Part shown: positions 52,874 to 64,000 of the stretch, piece by piece
How the letters are laid out: every line of letters begins with the position of its first letter
Position numbering within the stretch: position 1 is the stretch's first letter
Assembly (NCBI GenBank): GCA_051362555.1
Contig: CM120641.1
Coordinates: 14,012,001 to 14,076,000 of the forward strand
Source of the DNA: Lingula anatina
Lineage: Eukaryota > Animalia > Brachiopoda
Reading direction: 5' to 3'
DNA length: 64,000 bases
The notes under the pieces: generated by a model
What the model saw: only the letters and a program-made list of their open reading frames with translations
Database searches by the model: none
What the model was told of the DNA's origin: nothing
Translations under genes and position numbers: made by a program

Positions 52874-55800
52874 TTATGGTAGCTTAAAATCATGTTAGAT
52901 CTTGCAGGACATGTAGGAGAGTAGAATTAGAAATAGTGGCAGACTAGCAAGTGCAGGACAGGAACAAATAAAAACTGACATAATTTCTCCATAGATATTT
53001 TTCTGGTTGTTTTCTTTTAAGTTCTATAGAATTTCAGTCTTTTACACAACAGAACAAATTCACCATGCTTTCCTTGTCACTTATGTATTGTTTATGAAGA
53101 TGGTTTTACAGGCACACGGAATTTCACCCTTATTAATGAAAAGTAATCCAATTATTGTAGGTTTTCTAGTCTCATATGATGTTACACAGAGCTGGCAGTC
53201 TCATTTTCCTCTAAAATCAACATAAATTCCATACACATAGCAGAAATATCTAAAATTCAGCATAAGACAGCAGAGTGACCATCTTTCAAAACCATATCCA
53301 TATCAAGGGTGCAGTCAAGCAACCCGTTTTGTAGTGTACACGTTGTTGATATGTGACCAGACAAAAAAACCTCTGTTCTCAAGTAGTCTGGTGGACAGTG
53401 GCCAGTGTAGCACCTGTTTTATGTAGCACTTTGGACTCATTCCCTTCATACCTACAGACCAACAAACTGTCCACTATCCAAAATTGCCCAATTTGTCACA
53501 TGGATGGAATTCTGACACCCATTCAGATCATGATAGCCACTTGGGAGACAGTGTGTGAAAGGAAGTGACAGAGAGTTTATTGAGTGATCACTTCAGGCAA
53601 ACTAGCTGTGGAACATTTTTTGCTCAATCCTATACCATATATGATAGATATTTATCCTATTAATCATTTTAAGACTTTGAGGAAATATTGTGAAACAAGT
53701 AGAGGTAAGTTATCCTGTTAAAACCAGTTAGCTCTGTACATATTTAAGTCAATCTGGAGGGCTGAAGGATAGGTATTTACATCTTATGAATGATTGATTA
53801 GTTTATGTTATCTTTAGCAGGAGATCAAACCTTAATTATGTTCTCAAATTCCATCTCTGTTCATTCCTAATCTCCAAAGGAAAACACAGGATTATAATGC
53901 CAAGCTCACTGGGGCAGACAATTTTTTTTTTTGAATCATGGATTAATCAATATGCAATTTTCACACCATTTTAATACCCCCTTGTTTCCCCGCTGGGAGT
54001 AGCCCCTCTCTGGCGGCACACACAATCAGAGGACCCTTTTCACTGGGAGGTCAGAGCCCAGCATTAAGACAATAAGCCTGGTAAAGCCATGTGGATTGGT
54101 TCCAATATGTCAATATTGAATTTCCTTCCACTCCAGTTAGTCCCCAGCACTCTGATGAGTTTGGGGAAATCAAGATGTGAATCTGTCAAACAGGGAAGTT
54201 GATCTTAATCATGTTGGTAGGTTAAGAAAACACTCACATGAATGGATTACAGACAGTCAATGGCATTAATTTGAATGGACAAGTGAATCCCCACCTGAGT
54301 CAATAGTCTTTGAGTAATTAATATTAGATGATTAACCCAACTCCCCTCTCTTGGGAGAGTCCAATTCAGCAATCATTGGTATTTTCTTTGGAACGTTTGG
54401 AAAACAAAGGAGTTTGAAACTTCATCACCGACAAGAATTCTTCACCATGTAGGTAATAGTTAATCCATTTAGCCAGGCTGTCAGAGAGATCAACATGAAC
54501 TGAAATGAGCTGAACTTTTGGAACTGTAAATGCTGGACAGAGATTTGTGCACAGGTATGGCATTTTGACTGTTCATTATTTTTTTTATAATTTTCGCCAA
54601 TGTGCTTAAAAAACTGAGCAATGCTCTAGCACAGGCTAAAACAACTTTTGAAGATGAATAACCATTGTGCTTTGTCAAATTCTAACATATCACAAAATAT
54701 AAATTATACTAACCACACAAATAGTCTCAAATTACAGAAACTGACCTTGTAATTTATGTGTAATGAGCATCATTGAACAATTTACCAGAAACGTCATAAA
54801 AATTCCACAATGGACTGATCACCTACATAAATTTGGGCAATTTTCTACCTCATAAAAGGTTAAGTAGTGGGAGCGGGGGAAGTCAGTTATTAACATGTTG
54901 TAATTATCACATCACTTGATGGAGCCCACTCACTATGTCACATACCATACAGGTGGTCGCCAGAGGTAACTTCTACATGCCACCACTCTGTTTTATGCCT
55001 CATTTTATGATTGGTGCCGTCACAAATGGAGAGTTCTCACGTTCAGTCTGATTTCATATAGGGGAACGATTTATATGAGGTTTCTTTGAAACGGACGTTT
55101 ACAGGTATGTTTTTTCTATATATGTCACATAATATGTATATCTGCTGTTCCATGTATAGGTTGCCAAGAATATTGGATTCCTTACCAGTTGGGCAATATA
55201 TATATCTAACAATGACTACTTATGCAAATAACATGTATAACAGAACTATTAGGCTGTATGTATTTCTCTCATATTCAGCTGTGATCTTTGCTATACCTCA
55301 GTTCATTGCTCATTTCACAAGCAGACATCAAGTTGGTTCCTTAATGATTGACTGGTTTTACTGATAATCTCAATTTTTCTAACCATGACCACAAGTGAAA
55401 TGTTCTGAGTGAGCTTAAAACACAAGTAAAAGGGTATTTCTTATAGAAAGTGTGGTGCGTTAGATACACACTATAGTGTAGCAGCTATACATCAAGAAGT
55501 CTGGTCTAACATTGATTTAAGCACAGATAGGATTGAGTCCCACTTAGAAATATTACTGATAATCTAAAAAATGGTAATCAAAAAACCTTTTAGGTTACAT
55601 GTATCATTACCTTACATAAGAGTTAATATCAACGCCTTTATGTCTTCTTGGATAAGAAGAAAAACGCGTGTAAATCCAGTTAACATGATAATCATGCAGT
55701 TCAATTTTAGGCTATTTCAGTGAGGAATCTATTGGTCTTAAAATCTTTTATGAAGGGAACAGGGGTTGGAATCTTATGGTCAGAACACACAGATGGCTAT

Positions 55801-58589
55801 TTACCACAAACACAGGCAAAAAAGTGCTATCCATTTTTCTATAATGTTTACATTATAATGATTCAGCTTTCACTCAGTTGTATTTCTTCCAATCTCTTTC
55901 ATTCAACTTCCGACAAAATACCCACAAAATATATGCTACAATGCCTGTGAAAGTCACTACAATACTTGTTTAACTATAATCGCACTCAATTCAACCAATT
56001 TGTTCATAATCGTCCAAGCATTCTCCAACCAGGCCCCTTCTACATGTTGGTTCACTCATCCAGCTAAAATGATAAGACAAGATATGTGGCGAGTGTATGG
56101 CCAAGTATTGTTACCATGCGGAAACAGTGGGATGGCTCTCAACCAATGGGCTTTAGTACCATACAATGTATTTGTGGGACAAGACGGAATGAGCACACCT
56201 TTCTTCCTATGCATATAGATATGTGTATAGCATAAAGTTTTACTGTATAAAGACCTATGAAGGATAGGCACTCTTATACTAAGGGAAAGACCAATATGTT
56301 TGACTGACGCCCAGACAAGAAAGGTAATGTACTTTAAGGTTAGGGTAGTTGAAAATTATTTTTATCTTTTTTTTTTCCAAGCAGATACTTTGGATATTTG
56401 TTTAAAATACAGACATTTATAATTCAAAGCATAGTGAATTATGATCTAATCCTGTTATTCCTTTCTCTAAATAACCACAATCAAGTTTTTGTGTTTTCAT
56501 CGATAGTTGGCTAAATTCTCAAACTGCCTGAAATCCCATTAGTTATAATACAACTACTGCTAATTTACTTGTTCTGCCACAGGAAGCTGTCAGCCTTCAT
56601 TAGAATGTTTGGAATTTGGTGCATTTGGTGCTATTATAGATTTATTTAATGTAATTCAGAAAAGTGTCAATCAAAGAATGCTGTTGAGCCACATGTCCAG
56701 ACACTAGTGATAGATATTTTCCCCTATACTTTCTCCCAAGTGAAGTCTGTTGATGGATGTTTTCAATGTTTTGATAATTTATGGTCAACCTGGGGCATGC
56801 TGGGTCAAATATAGTTTTTTATAGTCTCAAAATATTCTGGTTGGCAAAACAAAGACTTTCCATGTGTAATTCCTTCAGTTCGACATTTTTATAGCTTTCG
56901 CAATAACTGACTTTAGAGTTTAGGTTTGAATTTTCATTAACATTCTTTTTACTGACAGACTTGAATTTCATCTTGAAAATACCAAAAGCATCATATCTTA
57001 AAACACAGTGGAACGATCAAAAGAATGCCCTCTCAAAGAAAAAAAAAAGACTTCTACAATCGTCAAAATGTTTTTAAGTATTGAGGAAATTTTTTTCATG
57101 GGTAGATAATGATGACTTCACTGCAAAAAAAGCTAATGTTAAAAATATATCAATTTAAAGATCTGTTTGTGTGGGGTGGGATAAGTTTATAAAAAAAAAA
57201 CAACTTTCTGTCCGGTCATCCTTGACCACAAAACTATGGTGTCAACAACTATATGGGTGGGAAAATTCCTTCTTATCACCTTTTCTCTGCTTCAAAGTTA
57301 TGGTTCACTACGCCAACAAAACAGTCAGTGAGATATAAAATCATGTAATATAGACAGGTCATCACTTCCAGGACAAAATGACCAAAGAGTATATCTTTCA
57401 GTTTACCACAAACACTCATTCTTATTCACTTCACTAGAAAAGCTGAGAATCTCCATAATCAAAGCCATTCAATCCAATGCTGAGGTATGTCAAAAAGTGA
57501 GTGTTTTTTTAAGAGAAAGTTTATGTTAGCAAATTGTACTCTGATAAAGAGCCAACCCCAAGAATGGAGATACCTGAGCCGGAAGTCCAAAAACCTACAA
57601 GGTGTTGTGAATTAATTACAGTTGCTGACATAAGGCATTCCACAATAGTGAACATGCTGGCATTGTAATACTCTGCTTTAGTGCTCCCTGAGCCAGACAC
57701 AATAAATAATACATACTTTTACCTCAACTTACTCAATGATTGTTTGCATGGGTCCTTTAATCCCCAAGTCTTTGAGCATGTCGGCACATGGTCGGTATCT
57801 TTGTAAACTAGTAAGTGTTCTACCAAGACACAGTTAACTGTATTATTATCACTGTTTGTGTCTGACTGTCACAGTATCTGTTACTTAGTGGACCAACATC
57901 ATTTTACGTAATCATTTCTTGGGAAAATGAGGCTACCCGGACTTAAGAAATAAGAATATATACACCCTCCTCCTCTTTAAGGAACTGCCCCTTCCTTTTC
58001 TTTGCTTTTTCTCCAAGAGTTCTGAATTTTTCTAACCACTTCCAATCTGCTCTCTTCCTATTATTTCAAACAACATGCCAACACAATCAAATCTCATTAG
58101 AAGTAGTTCACCGAAAGTTGATGCCAGGTAAGCCTACTGGATTTTTCCTAAAATAACATATGGTATGGCTCTTATCACCTATTTCTAACCGTTTCCTGAT
58201 ATAATCTGGCTGAACATAATTTAAATGCATGTATGAAAGCTTATGTAGCAATTCTGCTTTTGATTAACGGGTGAGAATAACATAGAGCCACATCTTATAT
58301 TTATTTCCTTGCAACTAAGAGCAGCTCGCTACTAAATCACAGCAATTTGGGGTTTCGCAAAACCGATTCATTTAAGTTAAAAATTACAATGTACTTCAAA
58401 AAGAGAGTAGTAAAACCCTCTGCTATGGTTGTCATATTACGTCTTCTATAGTGAATTACAAAACCAATTACCATTATTCAACGTATACGCGCTTCTCAAA
58501 AATTATGCATGATTTGACCCAATTTACGAAAACGAGGCTAAAAAGGCAAACGAATTCTTAGCAACGAAGCTAGAAGGCAGTCCTGTAGA

Positions 58590-60736
58590 ATGCCGGGAGG
58601 TAAAGACCACTGTTGTGTGCCGTTGTGCACAAATGACAAACGTTATCATCCAGAGTTATCATTTCACAAGTTTCCAGAAGACCCAGAGCGAAGGAAAATT
58701 TGGATAGTGAGAATAAGGAGAGACGAGGGTACGCTGTTTCAGGTTAGTGTTTACAATGTTTTCAAATGCAAATATTGACATAATTCCTCCGATGGCTAGG
58801 ACATTATAAGCGGTCAAACGACTGCAAGGGTAGTAACGAGTCTGTTTAACTAAGTACGAATTTCGTTCTTAGATATGTCTAGGGGTATATATACTCGATA
58901 AATAACTACTTATGACATAATTAGAAGTCTGCGTAAATATTTTGTGCGGCCGTATGTGTTCTCTGTCGTCGTTAGATTTCCACCGTGTTTGGCTTATTTA
59001 TTAATGGAAATAATTTTATTTATCATCAGATCACCCCAAGTACAAAAGTTTGCTCAAGCCACTTCTTACCTGAGGATTTTAAGTGGTCTCCAGTCAGAAA
59101 AGTGTTGAATTCAACTGCCATTCCCTCAATTTTTGCTTGGTCAAAGCAAGCGGGCAGAGCACCACCTAAGGAGAGACCCCCTGTCGCTTCACTTCCTTCC
59201 AAAAGACGCAAACAGGATGGGGACACAGAAGGGTAAGCCCTTTTATCCATTTATGTAGTATTGTTTGTTTTCCTTCTTTAATTTTGCAGATTATTAGCAT
59301 CTTATTTAGTATCTGGTTTGTTTATAAACAGAGCCACAAAAACGTATATGTATCATGTATAGTATAGACAAACATGAATGATTTCATCACAAAAAAATTA
59401 GAAAAATTGCATTTATATTGGTGTTAGCATTTTCTTTTATTCATTCCTTTATTTATATTTTTGATGTTAGCATAATAGTGATAGAAGTAGCTAAGCTAAA
59501 AATGTTAAAATGTTATATTTAAAAATATTATTATAATTTTGCCTTTAATTTTTAAATAAAATCTATTTTCCTGAGGTTGCTGGATGGTATATATTCATTT
59601 ATTTTTACCCAATTTTTGTTTTATGCAGGATAGAATATGATGCACCAGTAGAGGATCATTCTGCTGATGATGATACCACACCATCTGAAGAACAAGATGA
59701 TGAGCTAGTCAAGCGAATCAGAGAGCTGGAAGAGAAAATTTCTGAGCAAAATCAAGAAAAGGCAAGCTTAAAAGAGGAAAATAATAAACTGAAACAGCAG
59801 CTATCTTTGGAGACATTTGGGGTTGAACGATTTGGTTCGGATGATACTATTATGTTATTTTACACAGGTTTTATTTGTTCTACGTTTAGATTGTTGTTTG
59901 AATTTGTTAAACCAGCAGCAGACAACATGCAGAGTGCATATTATGCAGCCTCAGAAAGAACCAGTTTGAGGGGTCGTCCACGAAATATGCTTTTGATTGA
60001 TGAACTCTTCATGTTCTTGTGTCGACTAAAAGCTGGGCTCTATGAGCAGGATTTGGCCATCAGATTCAAGTGCCATATAAGCACTGTTAGCCGAAAAATT
60101 ATTACATGGGCCAACTTGTTGTATTTTGTTTTGGGAAGCATCCCTATTTGGCCATCTAGGGGGCAAGTTGATAACAGTATGCCCCAGGTATTCAAAGATA
60201 AATATCCCAAAACAAGGGTTATATTAGATTGCACAGAAATTAAAATACAAACACCTTCATCTCTTGTGTTAAGTAGTAAAACTTACTCAAGTTACAAGAG
60301 TCATAGTACATTTAAAGGTCTCATTGGCATTGCCCCAAATGGTGCTATAACCTTCATTTCCTCTTTGTTCACTGGTTGCACCTCTGACACAGAGATCACT
60401 AGATTAAGTGGGATAATAGATCTTTTAGAAGAAGGAGACAGTGTAATGGCTGATAAAGGTTTCACAATTGGCAGCCAGCTTAAAGAAAAAAAGGTGTCTC
60501 TGAACATTCCACCATTTCGATTCAACTCCCAATTTACCCTTGACCAAATAGCACACACACAGGAAATTGCAAGTTTAAGAATTCATGTTGAGAGGGCAAT
60601 TAGAAGGACAAAAGAACACCACTTGTTTGATAGTGTGATTCCTATATCTACAGCCGGCAGTATCAATCAGTTATGGACGGTAGCATGTTTGCTTACTTTG
60701 TGGAGAGGACCGTTAATTAAAGTTAATGAAATGTAA
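58590..60736 (+). CDS. THAP-domain DDE transposase; join(58590..58742,59030..59232,59629..60736), 487 aa
   Basis: THAP (CCVPLC..FHKFP..W..VCSSHF..AIPSIF), acidic linker and coiled coil, HTH (DLAIRFKCHISTVSR), catalytic motifs ILDCTE, MADKGF and RIHVERAI; GT-AG introns with consistent phases. Confidence 0.88.
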
Positions 60737-60793
60737 TGTAAATTTCTCTTCAGGTGAAAATTTTCTAAATTTTATTTGATATTCACACAGTAC

Positions 60794-61299
60794 TTACAGT
60801 CATACAAAAATATTTATGTTATATGCAATTCATCACAAATGTTTTCATATGTATAATTTATAGAGTTTTGCTCAATGGATACTTTTCTTTATTATGTATC
60901 ATGACAATCAGTATTGCTCAATTTTAACTTTAATTTACATATATTATCAATTGCTCAGCTATGTATATCTCTGTCCGTTTAAAAACTCAAAAAATGAAAG
61001 TCCACTGTATTTTTCAAAGTAAATAATTAAAGAAAAACATGTCTAGTTACAGTCATACAAAAATATTTATGTTATATGCAATTCATCACAAATGTTTTCA
61101 TATGTATAATTTATAGAGTTTTGCTCAATGGATACCTTTCTTTATTATGTATCATAACAATCAGTATTGCTCAATTTTAACTTTAATTTACATATATAAT
61201 CAATTGCTCAGCTATGTATATATCTGTCTGTTTGAAAGCTCAAAAAATGAAAGTCCACTGTATTTTTCAAAGTAAATAATTAAAGAAAAACATGTCTAG
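60794..61299. repeat. 253-bp direct tandem duplication (60794-61046 / 61047-61299)
   Basis: Two near-identical copies, about seven substitutions counted by eye. Confidence 0.9.
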
Positions 61300-63275
61300 T
61301 TTGTCTTTCATCTCCTGCCATTCAACTTGATCAAAATAAATGGTCTCTAGGTGACTGTCATTTTCTGTCCATACAAAAAAATCACACCATTCAAGTCCTG
61401 TGCAGGCCAATTGCATAACTACCTGCCTGTAGTAATTGTGACGCTTTTTTAGGAGCAAAATACCTGCCTCATTTTTCTTTAGATAATCCAACTCTAAAAC
61501 TGATCCAGTTACTGGGCACTTGATTTCCAGAAGCCCAAAGGGAGGTGTTCTGTTGGGGCGGTACACTTTTCTGTCTGGGGATGCTGCCAACCATGAAGCA
61601 GTGGGACTAACAACTATCCCACATGGATATAAATTCACATTTTGGTCCAGTTTGTCCACATAAGCCTGGGCAGCAAGGCACTCAGATGCAATCCCATGTT
61701 TCATGGCTGAAGTTACTACAGTCCGACCAGACTTCCACCTCTCTGCCAATTTTTCAAAGTCTTTTCTTCTAGTAATTACTTCTCCAGCCTTGGATGCAGT
61801 AATACGTTCACGTCGCACATTGTGCCATTTAGGGTCAGTTGACTGTAACCGTGTTTCCTCCTCAATGACAGAAGCTTCCTCCTTAGACACTGCAAGGGTC
61901 CCCAACTTGGCTGATTTTTCTTTGTCCATCACTGCTGCATATACATTTACCATGTGATCATTGCAGGGCAAGGAAGGAAAATCTTCAGTATCATATAAAT
62001 TCAAAATATAGTCAGAATGTTGTTTTTGCTGGTAACTGATCACACTTCCTTTAATCTTGCTACCATATTTAGTGGGGACAGAGGGAAGAGTAATATCGGG
62101 AATTACAGACAGTAAAAGAAAATCTGCATGTTCATCTCTCAGTTTGTCTTTGATATCAACTATACTTGGCAACTTTGTCCTAACTGGATTACTGAGGGTT
62201 GACTTTATGGTAGACGTTTCCTTCTTGGGATCAAGTCTGTTGTATCCTCTGAACTCTAAACAACTGACTTCAGCCCCTCTGATTTTCTGACCCCTTGGTT
62301 CATGCCAGGTCTGTCTCATTGATGTTTTTACTATATCAGTTGGCACTGCTGATAATTTTAAAGATGAATAATGAGCCAATTGATAAAGAGTTGCTGTTAC
62401 ATGTCCACAAGACTTGCTCAGACCAATTGGACATGTGCACTTGGCAAAAGTGACATCAAGGGGTAAATTCTGTAGATAAATTTCCATAGTATGGGGGGAT
62501 TCACTCTTTTTCATTGACCTGTGACACCCTGCAGTTACTCTGCATCCTTCGGTGGTGGAAAAGACTGAAAGTGGGGAAAAAACTGACATTGTAATGGTTC
62601 AAAAACTAATCTTAAATATCGTGGCAGTATGTAGTTGGCAGATAATATGCTGAGGTATTACTTATAAGTGTACCAAACTTCGGGGAAAATACGCTTACTA
62701 GTAGGTTTACGTGTGTGAAGATGTATATGATACACAAATATAACAGTTAAATGAAAATAGGAACTCATTCCTGTCTTCTCTCGATTAAAAAACATTTTAA
62801 CTTGGTTGGAAAATGCTCTAAAATAACGCTTACATTACCATTTATAAGTCAGTATCAAACGTCCGCCATGGCGTGCATAAGTAGCACTATCAATCCGAAT
62901 GTGCAACAAAAGTCACACGATCGGGAAAAAAGAATGAAAAATACCCGAACAATGTACTATCCAATGAGTAAAAAAGGGGTACAAAGAGGGCAGTAAAAAA
63001 AACGAGACAATATACCGAAGAATTTTCAGCAGATCGATCTAGTGTTTAACTACAGACAAGTTCGAATTCAGTGAACTGATAAACTTTTACAAGCAAGCTG
63101 AAAAAGATTACTCACGTTTGATGTTGTGCACGTACTGTTCGCTGAAATATTTGAACCCTTTGTTCAAATTCTTCTCTCCCAAGCTAGCAACATGTCGACG
63201 AACATATGACTCTACAAATCCAAAGCTTATTTCTGGCATAATAGATAAATCCCGTGTAGAGCATGTGGCTTCCAT
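61267..63275 (-). CDS. SWIM zinc finger + YqaJ/lambda-exonuclease protein; join(63116..63275,61267..62564), about 485 aa
   Basis: SWIM-like CTCPIGLSKSCGH; YqaJ motifs QSTDPKWHNVRRERITAS, WLAASPD, LLEIKCP and YYRQVVMQL; phase-1 GT-AG intron. An in-frame upstream ATG at 63329 is an alternative start. Confidence 0.85.
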
Positions 63276-64000
63276 CGCTTTATTTGCCCACCTAGCCTCG
63301 CTTTGAAATTGGGTCATAGGGTCATGCATATTAATTAGGGAATATTAAGAAGACCCTATTAAGCATTGTAATCAATAGTTAGATATTAATAAACATTTTT
63401 CAGTCTGAGTTAAGAATATGAAGAGATTATGAGGAAACTTAATCCCCATAGTGCATTACTTCAAAGCATATTAACGAACCAGCACACAAAAGATTTTGCC
63501 AGTGCAAAGATATGAAATTTCTATGGAACTGAAATGACAGTTATGGGTTTTCAAGTGGAAAATATTGCAAACATTACTGCTCTTTAATGATTCCCTCTAA
63601 TCTGAAAATTTGCCTTTATTCCATGGTCAGAGCTGTATTAGGTATTGTTCTCTGTACATTCAGGTGCACTCTCTAGATATCTGAATAAACTAGATAAACA
63701 ACCCATCTACTGCTATCCTTAATTCAGTCATTACCACAATTCAGTTATACAATAAAGACAGATAGAAGCGAGACAACACATTGCAGGTGAGAGCTGGTTG
63801 GAAAAAATACAAATCACTTGCTAACCTAATCAATATCACATAGGATGCATGTGAATTATTTGCTTTGAAATAAAAAAAATTTTTAAGGTCTGGGATTTAT
63901 TCCATAGGCAAAATACAAAATATGCCCATGGCAAAGCTTTGTGATGAATAAATATAGAACATATACCTTTATTTTCTTCTGCGACGTAAGATTTCTTTCA

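Larger units (their letters stand above)
58487..63357. mobile_element. ISL2EU-type DNA transposon (PIF/Harbinger-related PHIS group) with two convergent genes
   Basis: THAP + DDE_Tnp_4-type transposase facing a YqaJ exonuclease gene; imperfect inverted repeats at 58504-58550 and 63283-63330 (TATGCATGA..TGACCCAATTT..CGAGGCTA..GGCAAA); candidate AT flanks at 58485-86 and 63358-59. Exact ends are uncertain. Confidence 0.8.

Noticed and set aside
54366-54428. Possible C/D snoRNA (GTGATGA...CTGA, minus strand) in the UTP6 intron
   Set aside because: No terminal stem, no clear C'/D' boxes and no recognised rRNA guide; the motifs are common by chance.
57965-58058. Purine-rich open stretch on the minus strand as a candidate upstream UTP6 exon
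   Set aside because: No polypyrimidine acceptor, weak donor, and no resemblance to the expected UTP6 segment.
1-64000. CRISPR arrays, operons or other prokaryotic systems
   Set aside because: The window is clearly eukaryotic (spliceosomal introns, eukaryotic tRNAs); no regularly spaced repeats seen.

Overview
AT-rich animal (invertebrate, probably lophotrochozoan; not determinable exactly) genomic DNA with spliced genes. The left part (1-37 kb) is a CpG-rich developmental domain with two tandem minus-strand Sp-family zinc-finger genes, Sp6-9 (Sp8/9-like) and Sp5/buttonhead, separated by about 24 kb of non-coding DNA. TCF/LEF motifs cluster around Sp5. A patch of repeats follows (a nested TTAA-flanked MITE pair, a Penelope-like relic with a decayed hammerhead motif, tandem MITEs), then two convergent tRNA genes, Ser(CGA) and initiator Met. 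The right part is a CpG-depleted housekeeping block: PTAR1 (2 exons), a BTB-BACK-Kelch gene (7 exons) and the 3' eight exons of UTP6 (minus strand, one GC-AG intron). An apparently very large UTP6 intron carries an approx. 4.9 kb ISL2EU-type DNA transposon with two intact, spliced, convergent genes: a THAP-DDE transposase and a SWIM + YqaJ/lambda-exonuclease protein. All calls were made by eye, with no database searches.
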